DNA of 64,000 nucleotides, from the NCBI GenBank assembly GCA_947589415.1, contig CANQBP010000005.1, forward strand, positions 38,553-102,552, read 5' to 3'. This DNA is from an uncultured Clostridia bacterium. GTDB lineage: Bacteria > Bacillota > Clostridia > Oscillospirales > Acutalibacteraceae. This document shows positions 38,359 through 47,400 of the stretch, piece by piece. Every line of letters begins with the position of its first letter. The first letter of the stretch is position 1. A program made the position numbers and the translations under genes. The notes under the pieces were generated by a model that saw only the letters and a list, made by a program, of their open reading frames with translations, made no database searches and was not told where the DNA came from.

Positions 38359-41300
38359 TTATTTACGCACCTTTTTGCGTCTGATTATAAAATACGCACA
38401 AAACGTCGAACACGTCACAACAAAGGCAACAATAACTTGAACATACATTCCCGTGTCACCGGTTTGAACGGTTCCGCTATCCTCTCCGCTGTCAGTACCC
38501 GTACTTTGCGAATACTCATCAGTACTAACTGTTCCATCAGTTTTCGGCGGCTGATTATCAAACGGATCGGAGGGGTTATCTCCGGACGGCTCAACCGGAA
38601 TTACTGACGGCTGCACTTCAGACGGCTCTGACGGTTCTTCCGAAGGCTGTACATCGGACGGTTCTGACGGCTCTTTCGAGGGCTGTACTTCAGACGGTTC
38701 TGACGGCTCTTCCGAGGGCTGTACTTCAGACGGCTCTGACGGCTCTTCCGAGGGCTGTACTTCAGACGGCTCTGACGGCTCTTCCGAGGGCTGTACTTCA
38801 GACGGTTCTGACGGCTCTTCCGAGGGCTGTACTTCAGACGGTTCTGACGGCTCTTCTGACGGCTGTACTTCAGATGACTCTCCTACACTTTGTACAGGCA
38901 AAAACATATTTGTGCCAAATGTTCTCCATACACCTTCAACAAACAACAATACCGGCACATATCCTTCCTCAATGTCACTATCATCAGCTATAATATAACC
39001 TTCGGGAATTTGTAAATCCTCAATCTGAACATAAAGCGGAGTTGTAAAAGAGTATGTCCTGACATCTATAACTTTTTTCGAATCATCTACCAAATATACC
39101 ATATAATCATATTGATCCGACGATACCGGGACTTGATTTCCGTCATCATCATATTCTACCATTTCAACATTGACAACGATATCACGGTCAGCAACATATT
39201 TACCGTTTTCATTTGATAGATTTACAACAATAACATCTTCCTGACCCTCTGCGGGAATTAACCCCATATCTCCCGACAACAAAAGATCTTCGTACACATC
39301 AATTGTATTTGTTCCGACACTAAGTCCGTAATCGAGAGATTGAAATTCTCTTCCGTGATAAATATACTTGCACTGCGTTATGATTCCGTCAGCCGTCTCT
39401 ACCGTAACTACTGTCGGTTCTGATGCAAAATGCATCTTTGTTCCCTCTTCATTATCGTATCCTGCCTTATATCTGACCTCAAATGTGTATGAGGTATTAG
39501 GATCCAATTCATAAAATTGAGGAGAGTCCTGCCATTCTCCACCCGACAGTCTGTATTCGCAGTTTTCATCTTCGACAAACGAAACATAATTAACATTTAC
39601 CCCTTCGATACTGACAGCAGGTTTCTCATGCCTTTCCGCAATTTCAAATTCAAAAACATCGGAAGCAAATCTGTACTGATCGTCAGCATTTCTGTATATT
39701 CGATACGTCTGACCCGGCTCTAACTTAATTTTATCATTTTCGCACCAGTGTATTTCAGTAAAATTATCTTTGCTGCTGCTCCAAAAACATTTATCGGAAT
39801 ACATCGAGAAAGTATTTTCGTTTTCAACATCAATACCGGAGGCTGCGGTGTCAAACCTTAGGGGAACAGGAATTTCTCCTAAAAATTTCCCGTTTTCTTT
39901 AGATTTAACGCTAAAGAATTTTTGACTTAATTCACCGTATTGAATAACCGAATAATCGGACACAATATCACCCGAATGAATAATTTTGCCTTCACTGTCT
40001 CTGACATCATACAGATCTTCGGGATAAATCACAGTTTCCTTTTCGTAATCGAAATTTATATCACCTATTAAATTTATTGTGTATGTTGTTGTATTTTTTC
40101 CTTCTCCGGAAACTTCGATCACTACTTCCTTTCTGTCTTCGCCTTCAGCCAGCGTAAATTCTTCAGACCATTCATTTGAGTCGATATGTTTACCGTTTAT
40201 GGTTATATTGTCTGAACTTTCGGGATGCAGTTTTACAAAACCGGTTTTGTTCAAAAAAATCCCGCCTGTTCCGTCGTCACTTATTTCAACATTGTGTATT
40301 TTGTCCCCTTGGGAGTAAGTAAGAGCACTAAGCTGCGCCGATGCCATAGTATATGTACGGCTCACCTTGTTTCCGATTTTTCCGTCCTCTTCTCCCCATG
40401 CGGTAACAGTACAAGGTTTATCGAGTTTTATGGGACTGTTATATATCTGTACGGCTCCTCCGTCAATCTGATAATTGATTGTTCCCTCACCCTCAAGACG
40501 CAGCTCTGTTCCTAACTCAACAGGCCCTTCAAGCTGCGAAAAACGTACATTTGAAATAGCTTCTTTATCACTCGGAAGCGGATTCGTAAATGCTTTTATA
40601 CATACACAAGTAGTAAAGCTACCGTAACTTTCTCCCGCATAGTCATAATCGCAAAAGTATGCGCTTGCATTTCCCCAGCTTTCTCCATCGGAACTGATAA
40701 AACTATATTTCTGATTATCGAAATGTTCGATTTTATCTTTTCTTATATTAGAGTAAGAAGTGGAAGCCGCAACGGGATAAGCGTAATTCGGATTTGTAAA
40801 TTTTACAACAACGGAAAACTGTGTTCCCTTATCAAGCCTCACGGCATTTTCCAATTCCTCGGTATGATATCCTACAAACGGTTCAACGCCTGTCTTACCC
40901 GAATAAACAAGATTGCCGGAAGCAGGATCTCCGTCAATCGGATCGGTATAGATACTTATTTGATACTCTGTATTAAGATCCGTGGTATAAAACGAAACCG
41001 CCTCAAGCTGTTCATCATCTTTAGACGTGAAAACGTTTGCGCCGTAAAAAGTTTTACTTACAGAATCATCAATTTCAGCAATTACGTTACCGAGTGAAGT
41101 TTGCCACCCCATCACATCATACTGATAATTGTTTTGATAATTATCTGCATCTTCAAGTTGGAAAAAGCGTATTGTCGTTTCATCTATACTTTTATCTTCA
41201 TAGGAAAGCCAGAAATAGCCTCCTTCGTCATTATACTCTGTTCCCCAACTGTTTTGTATCAGCCATGCACCGTCATTTTCGGGTCTGTAATCCTCATTAA

Positions 41301-42198
41301 AGTTCTCCCTCGAATAATTGTCGTCCCAACCGACAATCAAAACCGCATGATCAGCGGGAGCTTCATCCGGGCAGAATTGAGCGTTTGTTTCACTATTGTA
41401 ATATTCGTCGTTTGAGCAATAGGAAATCGTTGCGCAGCCGTATTCAATAAGGGCACTTTTTAATATATCCCTACCATTTTCACTCGACACATCGGGTGAT
41501 ACATAAAAAGAATCTTGGAGATGGAAATCAGCGTCGTATCTCATATACTCAAATTGGGAAAGATCACTATTATATTCACTTATAAAACTATATGGTAATT
41601 TCTCCGATAAAACAGGTCCCTTCCATGCAGCAAGTGTCGGAGTAGCAATAGACGCATTGCCTCCGTAGTTGAATATTGAATCATCTGTTAAATATTTTTC
41701 AAGCATTTCGCTTTCGATATCACCATTATAGCTGAACCAGTTTAAGTGAACCGGAGAAAACGAAACGGTAGGGAACTGATCCATAACTCCCGATGCCATT
41801 GAGGAAGTTGTTGCCATAGCCCAACAAGTACCGTACACACCTTGATCCCTTACACTCGGCGCAAGACCGTAATCACGCATATCGTAACTTTGAGGCAAAT
41901 TCTTTTCGTCAACCAAGTTGCTGTCCGTGTACAACTCGCTTAGATAGTCCAAATCAAGTGACGACGGCAAAACGCCGGAATAGTCATCGGGATTTTGAAG
42001 ATATTCCAAAAATTCCTTATTGACCGGCGCCATCATTACGTTACCGGGCGTATCAGATTTCACTCGGCTCTTTTCTGCGCGGTTTTTATCGCTTTCCGTA
42101 TCTTCTGACTGATTTACAGCCAATACGGACAACGGAGAGCAAAGAACTGCCAGCGTAACAAATAAACCGAGCGAGCCTTTAAAAAATTTCTGCTTCAT
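38359..42198 (-). CDS. Giant surface-anchored papain-family (C1) cysteine peptidase
   Basis: It has a signal peptide (MKQKFFKGSLGLFVTLAVLCSPLSVLA). The papain catalytic set is Q-x5-C in RDQGVYGTCWAMA, His in ADHAVLIVGWDD, and Asn-Ser-Trp in WLIQNSWG. About 800 aa of beta-rich modules follow, including a chitobiase-C-terminal-like segment (TINYQIDGGAVQIYNSPIKLDKPCTVTAW). Then come 8 x SEVQPSEEPSEP, a TM helix and an RRKKVRK tail. Confidence 0.85.
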   Translation of the reverse strand: MKQKFFKGSLGLFVTLAVLCSPLSVLAVNQSEDTESDKNRAEKSRVKSDTPGNVMMAPVNKEFLEYLQNPDDYSGVLPSSLDLDYLSELYTDSNLVDEKNLPQSYDMRDYGLAPSVRDQGVYGTCWAMATTSSMASGVMDQFPTVSFSPVHLNWFSYNGDIESEMLEKYLTDDSIFNYGGNASIATPTLAAWKGPVLSEKLPYSFISEYNSDLSQFEYMRYDADFHLQDSFYVSPDVSSENGRDILKSALIEYGCATISYCSNDEYYNSETNAQFCPDEAPADHAVLIVGWDDNYSRENFNEDYRPENDGAWLIQNSWGTEYNDEGGYFWLSYEDKSIDETTIRFFQLEDADNYQNNYQYDVMGWQTSLGNVIAEIDDSVSKTFYGANVFTSKDDEQLEAVSFYTTDLNTEYQISIYTDPIDGDPASGNLVYSGKTGVEPFVGYHTEELENAVRLDKGTQFSVVVKFTNPNYAYPVAASTSYSNIRKDKIEHFDNQKYSFISSDGESWGNASAYFCDYDYAGESYGSFTTCVCIKAFTNPLPSDKEAISNVRFSQLEGPVELGTELRLEGEGTINYQIDGGAVQIYNSPIKLDKPCTVTAWGEEDGKIGNKVSRTYTMASAQLSALTYSQGDKIHNVEISDDGTGGIFLNKTGFVKLHPESSDNITINGKHIDSNEWSEEFTLAEGEDRKEVVIEVSGEGKNTTTYTINLIGDINFDYEKETVIYPEDLYDVRDSEGKIIHSGDIVSDYSVIQYGELSQKFFSVKSKENGKFLGEIPVPLRFDTAASGIDVENENTFSMYSDKCFWSSSKDNFTEIHWCENDKIKLEPGQTYRIYRNADDQYRFASDVFEFEIAERHEKPAVSIEGVNVNYVSFVEDENCEYRLSGGEWQDSPQFYELDPNTSYTFEVRYKAGYDNEEGTKMHFASEPTVVTVETADGIITQCKYIYHGREFQSLDYGLSVGTNTIDVYEDLLLSGDMGLIPAEGQEDVIVVNLSNENGKYVADRDIVVNVEMVEYDDDGNQVPVSSDQYDYMVYLVDDSKKVIDVRTYSFTTPLYVQIEDLQIPEGYIIADDSDIEEGYVPVLLFVEGVWRTFGTNMFLPVQSVGESSEVQPSEEPSEPSEVQPSEEPSEPSEVQPSEEPSEPSEVQPSEEPSEPSEVQPSEEPSEPSEVQPSKEPSEPSDVQPSEEPSEPSEVQPSVIPVEPSGDNPSDPFDNQPPKTDGTVSTDEYSQSTGTDSGEDSGTVQTGDTGMYVQVIVAFVVTCSTFCAYFIIRRKKVRK
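38587..38874 (-). repeat. Tandem repeat, 8 x 36 bp, in frame (SEVQPSEEPSEP linker)
   Basis: Five near-identical units are followed by three diverged ones (K for E, D for E, VIPVEP). Synonymous differences between units (gacggctct vs gacggttct) are visible. Confidence 0.95.
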
Positions 42199-42349
42199 AA
42201 TAACATTTCCCTTTCAGCAGATATTGAAATTAGTAATGCGGAGCAAACATATAAACATTGTTAAATATTTCCCTACACTGTTCGCGTTTCAACCGCATTC
42301 GCATAAAACCGATATTCTATTATTAACAGTCGGCTTATAACTGCAACTA

Positions 42350-43291
42350 TCAAAGTACATTTTTAGAAATTTTTAGCGGTCTTGTATATTTTCTTTTCAG
42401 AAAATAAGCTGCACCTATGAGCATCATAACAGCAGTCCCTATTGCAATCTCAAACAGCACTGACCAAAGGTAACCCCAATCGAAAAAACTCGAATTAGTT
42501 ATCTGTATAGCCTCTGTAACGGCTATCCCCCCGCCCTCGTTTTCAATCAATATTGCCGTTTCCGCAATAAGCGCAGCATATTCGGCTGCAATAAATATCA
42601 GAAAGGAAATGATTTCACATATTACTGCACTTAACTTTGTTGCTCTTTTTCCGGTAATAACAAACCCTGCAAAACATAATACGGATATTCCCCCGCCGAT
42701 TATTCCATACAGCGGAATAAATTGATAAAGAAGTATGTATATTGAAGCCCCCAACGCAGCACCAAAAAATGCGCCCGCTATCCCTGCCGGCATATTTTGT
42801 TTTTTTCTTTCAAACATATCCCGTCTTTTTTCATACTGGCGTCTTTTTCTTTTTATACATCTGTCACATATAGGCATAAGACTCCGACCGACAACATAAA
42901 GACCTGTCTTTTTGTTTTTTGAGCAGACGCTGCAAACAGGAATCATCATATCACTTTTGCACAATTCCATTATAAATTTTGCAGCTTTTTTAAGGTTCTC
43001 TCTGTCTATTTCCGAATCAACGGTCATTTTAACGGCAAGAATTATTTTTTTATTTTTATACACTGCCTTTGTTATGAAGCTCTTATTTTCCGCTGCAAAG
43101 ACCTTGAGCTTTGCAGACAAAGCACCCGTATCATTGACAGCCGAATTAAGGGAAAGTAAATATCTTTTTTCCTTTATGTTAAATTCTATCATGGTATGAA
43201 AACCCTCATAGCTGTTAAAAGCAGTTTTTGACTTTCCGTTGTAACGATAGCCTATCGTTATTAGAAATTCACGAAATTCACTTTCCGTCAA
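42350..43291 (-). CDS. Zinc-ribbon / 4-TM membrane protein, paralog B (unknown family)
   Basis: TTG start with GGTGGTGA 5 nt upstream. It has an N-terminal soluble domain, then FIMELCKSDMMIPVCSVCSKNKK...CDRC, a basic stretch KRKRRQYEKRR, and four Gly-rich TM helices. Confidence 0.6.
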   Translation of the reverse strand: MTESEFREFLITIGYRYNGKSKTAFNSYEGFHTMIEFNIKEKRYLLSLNSAVNDTGALSAKLKVFAAENKSFITKAVYKNKKIILAVKMTVDSEIDRENLKKAAKFIMELCKSDMMIPVCSVCSKNKKTGLYVVGRSLMPICDRCIKRKRRQYEKRRDMFERKKQNMPAGIAGAFFGAALGASIYILLYQFIPLYGIIGGGISVLCFAGFVITGKRATKLSAVICEIISFLIFIAAEYAALIAETAILIENEGGGIAVTEAIQITNSSFFDWGYLWSVLFEIAIGTAVMMLIGAAYFLKRKYTRPLKISKNVL

Positions 43292-43325
43292 TATATCACC
43301 ACCCCAAAAAATCGTAAAACCTAAA

Positions 43326-44279
43326 TCATGTTAATTTCATTGAACGATTCTTTACCTTACTTTCCGACTTCAGACCTGCTGCGCAAATCACAACAGATAA
43401 TATAAAGGTAATAACACCGAATATATTATTATAAACCAAAGTTCCTGCATATTCGGAATCTAACTGTACGGCATCGGGTATAAAGTCAAGTGCATCCTTG
43501 AACGTAAGGCCGTATAATTCAACAAGACCCTCCGCTTTAAATTGGTTATAAAGATCAATCCCGACCGCAAGATACATTGCCAGAAACAGAAAAACAAAGG
43601 AAATAATTATTGATATGACAATTCCGCCTGTCGATATCTTTTTTCCGAGCCATTTATAACCCATAATTCCGCCGAAGCCCGAAATAAATCCCGCTATATA
43701 CCCGATAAATCCCATTAGTGAAAACAGTAACCATACTACTGCACCCGCAAGACTGCCGAGAATTGCACCGAGGATACCCATAGGATAATTTGTACGGGTT
43801 GCGGACTCCCTTACAATATCTTCTGTTATTTTACTTTGCAGAGTACCGTAACATTCAGCGCATAAGGCAGATACACTATTTTCAACGGAATATACGTCAA
43901 CAACATCAAATTTGCCGCACTTTGAACAACACGGAACACATTCAAACTGATTTACGCAATACATAATAAAATTGACAGCATCATTTACTCCCTGCAAAAT
44001 ATCAAATGTAATCTGATAGCATATATGTATCTGTTTTCCGTCAAAAAAGGCTGTTTTCAGAATATTCCGGCGTTGTGAGGCAAATTGGTTCAGTACAGTT
44101 CGCAGACTGCCGACAGAATTATCATAATGCGGTCTGCACGCAGCAGTTACATTATATTCTTTTGAAGCCGGATTTACCCGCACAATAAAGGCTATATCAT
44201 TTATTTTCCTGTATGCCACTGATGTAACATCATCATATCCGAATCCCATTGCCTGCAACTGTTCTTTATACTTAGCCAT
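43326..44279 (-). CDS. Zinc-ribbon / 4-TM membrane protein, paralog A (unknown family)
   Basis: The ATG at 44279 is preceded by GGGGGAGG. It has an N-terminal soluble domain, then FIMYCVNQFECVPCCSKCGK...CAEC and four Gly-rich TM helices. The architecture is collinear with the downstream gene. Confidence 0.6.
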   Translation of the reverse strand: MAKYKEQLQAMGFGYDDVTSVAYRKINDIAFIVRVNPASKEYNVTAACRPHYDNSVGSLRTVLNQFASQRRNILKTAFFDGKQIHICYQITFDILQGVNDAVNFIMYCVNQFECVPCCSKCGKFDVVDVYSVENSVSALCAECYGTLQSKITEDIVRESATRTNYPMGILGAILGSLAGAVVWLLFSLMGFIGYIAGFISGFGGIMGYKWLGKKISTGGIVISIIISFVFLFLAMYLAVGIDLYNQFKAEGLVELYGLTFKDALDFIPDAVQLDSEYAGTLVYNNIFGVITFILSVVICAAGLKSESKVKNRSMKLT

Positions 44280-44365
44280 ATTTCTATTACCTCCCCCTGT
44301 TTCAATGTTATGTTGCAACTCAATTTGTGACGTTTTTGCAGATAAATCCGTGTTAGGTTAAAACC

Positions 44366-44400
44366 TAAAATAAAGGGGTATAGAAAAACTCATATACCCC
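44366..44400 (-). terminator. Rho-independent terminator after malQ-glgP
   Basis: The minus strand reads GGGGTATA, a 10-nt loop, TATACCCC, then TTTATTTTA. Confidence 0.75.
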
Positions 44401-44428
44401 TTTATTCAAATTATCAGTACTTCAAAGT

Positions 44429-47400
44429 TTATTTGGACTTAACCTTCCAAAGATCGGAAGCATACTCAAGTATTGTACGGTCAGACGAGAACTTTCCGCA
44501 ATTAGCGGTATTTTTAAGACATTTATAGCCGAATGCTCTTCTGTCTTTGTACTCGTTGTTTACTCTTATCTTTGTTTCAATGTATTCGGGAAGATCCCTA
44601 AGTATAAAGTAGTGGTCGGGCTTATGCCAGCTTGCACCCTTGAGGAGTGAATCGTGAAGTTCTTTGAATGAGCCCTCGCCCTTCTTGCCGCCGTCTGTAA
44701 AACGACCGTCAATAAGTGTATCAATAACTCTTTTAAGCTCTTCATTTTCCTTATAAATCTTTTCGGGATCGTAATTCTCTTTAAGCTCGTTTATCTCTTC
44801 GACCCTTGCACCGAAAATGTACTCATTCTCTTCGCCCGCACATTCGGCTATTTCGATATTAGCACCGTCATAGGTTCCTATCGTAACAGCACCGTTTGCC
44901 ATGAACTTCATGTTTGATGTACCGGAAGCCTCTGTACCGGCTGTCGAGATCTGCTCGTGGATATCTGCTGCCGGAATGATCTTCTCGGCATAGGATACAT
45001 TGTAGTTGGAAACAAAAACAACTCTCATTTTCTGATTAACTTCGGGATCGTTGTTTACAAGATTAGCGATCTCGTTTATATACTTAATTACAGCCTTAGC
45101 TCTTGCATAACCGGGAGCTGCCTTAGCACCGAAGATAAATGCTGTCGGTGTGAAATTCGGGAGTTTGCCTTCTTTAAGACGGAAGTAAATAGCCATAATG
45201 GAGAATGCATTCATAAGCTGTCTTTTGTACTCATGCAGACGCTTAACCTGAATATCGAACATGAAAGAAGGATCGATATAAACATGGTCGTGCCTCTGAA
45301 TGAAATCGGAAAGCTGTTTCTTCTTTATATATTTTATCTCATTGAATTTATCAATGGTTCTCTCATCAATGTGATCCTCAATTTTCTTAAGCTCATCGAG
45401 GTTACGTATCCACTTCTTGCCGATAAGGTCTGTTATGAACTCCGAATATTCGGGGTTGCAAAGTGCAAGCCAACGACGTTGAGTCACACCGTTAGTCTTA
45501 TTCTGGAAACGTTCCGGATAAAGCTCATACCACTCTTTAAGAGTATCGTCCTTGAGTATCTGCGTATGTATAGCGGCAACACCGTTTACATAACTCGACA
45601 CATAAGTTGCCATACGAGCCATATGTACAACATGACCGTCGTCTATTCTCATATTCTCAACTTTTTCTTTTTCAACGCCCTTTTCTTTAAGCTCTGAAAG
45701 AAGTCTGTCGTTGATCTTTACGATTATAGCATATACATCGGGAAGAATACTTGTCATAAGTTTTATATCCCACTTCTCAAGAGCCTCCTGCATAACCGTA
45801 TGGTTAGTGTACGAGAATGTTCTTTGAGCAATATCAAATGCCGTATCAAAGCTAAGACCGTCATTCTGGAGAAGTCTTATAAGCTCCGGAATAGATATTG
45901 TCGGGTGTGTATCGTTAAGCTGTATAGCAGTTTCAACCGGGAACTGAGAATAATCGTTGCCGTGTCTTTTCTTATATCTCTTGATAATATCCTGGAGTGA
46001 TGCCGAAGAGAAGAAGTACTGCTGTTTAAGTCTGAGTACCTTACCCTCATAACTGTTATCATTCGGATAAAGAACTTTTGATATATTCTCTGCATCATTC
46101 TTTTCCTTTACTGCTTCATCGTATTTGCTGTCGTTAAACTCAAGGAAATTGAAATTATTAACAGCCTCTGCCTCCCAAAGACGAAGAGTATTGATATTAT
46201 CCGTGCCGTATCCGATAATGGCCATATCATAGGGAACAGCCTTTACCGTCTGATCTGCAAAGTTGACCGTTACGATATCTTCTGACCTTCTTATGCACCA
46301 CGGATCACCGAAACGCTGCCAATCGTCAGCAACTTCAACCTGGAAACCGTCAATTATCTCCTGCTTAAACAGACCGTACTTGTAGCGTATTCCGTATCCG
46401 TCAAGCGGCACGTCATGTGTAGCTGCGGAATCAAGGAAACAAGCTGCAAGTCTGCCGAGTCCGCCGTTGCCGAGAGCAGCATCGTCGATTTCCTCGAACA
46501 TATTGATATCCACGCCCTTATCAGCAAGGAGTTTTGTTGTCTGTTCAAGAACACCCATTGCATAAAGGTTGTTATAAACCATGCGGCCCATAAGAAATTC
46601 GGCAGACAGATAGTAAGCTCTCCTTTGATTTGCATGATTTCTCTTGCTATCAGCCCACTTTTCCGAGATATCACCCATGATTGCCTTGCCGAGTGCATTA
46701 TGAAGTTCTGCGGGAGAAAGTTCTCCGAGTTCTTTGCAATACTCGTTCTTTGCTGTAAGCACGAGGTTGTCGATAATGGCATTTTTCTTCATTTTTTTGT
46801 CATCCTCCAGCCTTCTGTAATTTTTGGACAAATTATAAAGTTTCTTCGCAAGTTTGGGAGTTGCGGCTCCTTTTTTCATTCTCCAGGTCCAGTTTCCGCC
46901 GAGGGTTGACGGTATGTTTATTCTTGCCTCGGATCCGAGTCCGAGGATATCCTGCATCTGAACTATTGCATAATCACTCACGCTTGAATAAGCCGTGCGG
47001 ATAAAGCCCCAGTTATATCCCTCTGTTTTATCAAGGCGACAATATTCTTCGGCAAATGCAACATCCTTTTCGGATGCCTGGCTGAGCCAACCCATAATGG
47101 TATCGTTGTCATGCGTACCCGTATAGCATACGCTGTTGCTGGTATAATTATGGGGAAGATAATTGCTGTCTTCCTTGGAATCGAATGCAAATTCAAGAAT
47201 TTTCATACCCGGATACCCGGATTCCTCAAGAAGCTTCTTTACGCCCGGTGTCTGAAGACCGAGATCCTCCGCAATAATCGGAATATCTCCCAGACGCTGC
47301 TTCATTTTTTCAAAGAATCTCATCTTGGGACCGTCTATCCACTCACCCTTGACGGCATCCTTTGCACCATAGGGTATAGCATAGAACTGATCGAATGCTC

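Noticed and set aside
38359-38470. Possible sortase sorting signal at the protease C-terminus (VQTGDTG followed by a hydrophobic segment and RRKKVRK).
   Set aside because: There is no LPXTG, SPKTG or NPQTN-type pentapeptide, because the proline is absent. The simplest reading is a C-terminal TM anchor. No sortase gene is in the window.
38587-38874. The regular 36-bp repeats could superficially suggest a CRISPR array.
   Set aside because: The units are directly contiguous with no spacers. They are in frame inside a long ORF and encode a Pro/Ser/Glu linker. No cas genes are present.
42234-42299. Imperfect inverted repeat AATGCGGagcAAAC / GTTTcaaCCGCATT flanking 38 bp upstream of the protease gene (possible inverton or operator).
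   Set aside because: The arms are only 7+4 bp with a mismatched centre. No invertase gene is nearby and no promoter is evident inside the segment.
34400-44400. The accessory-looking 10-kb block could have been a mobile island.
   Set aside because: I found no integrase, transposase, tRNA target, flanking direct repeats or phage or conjugation genes. It is better described as a variable surface-structure region.
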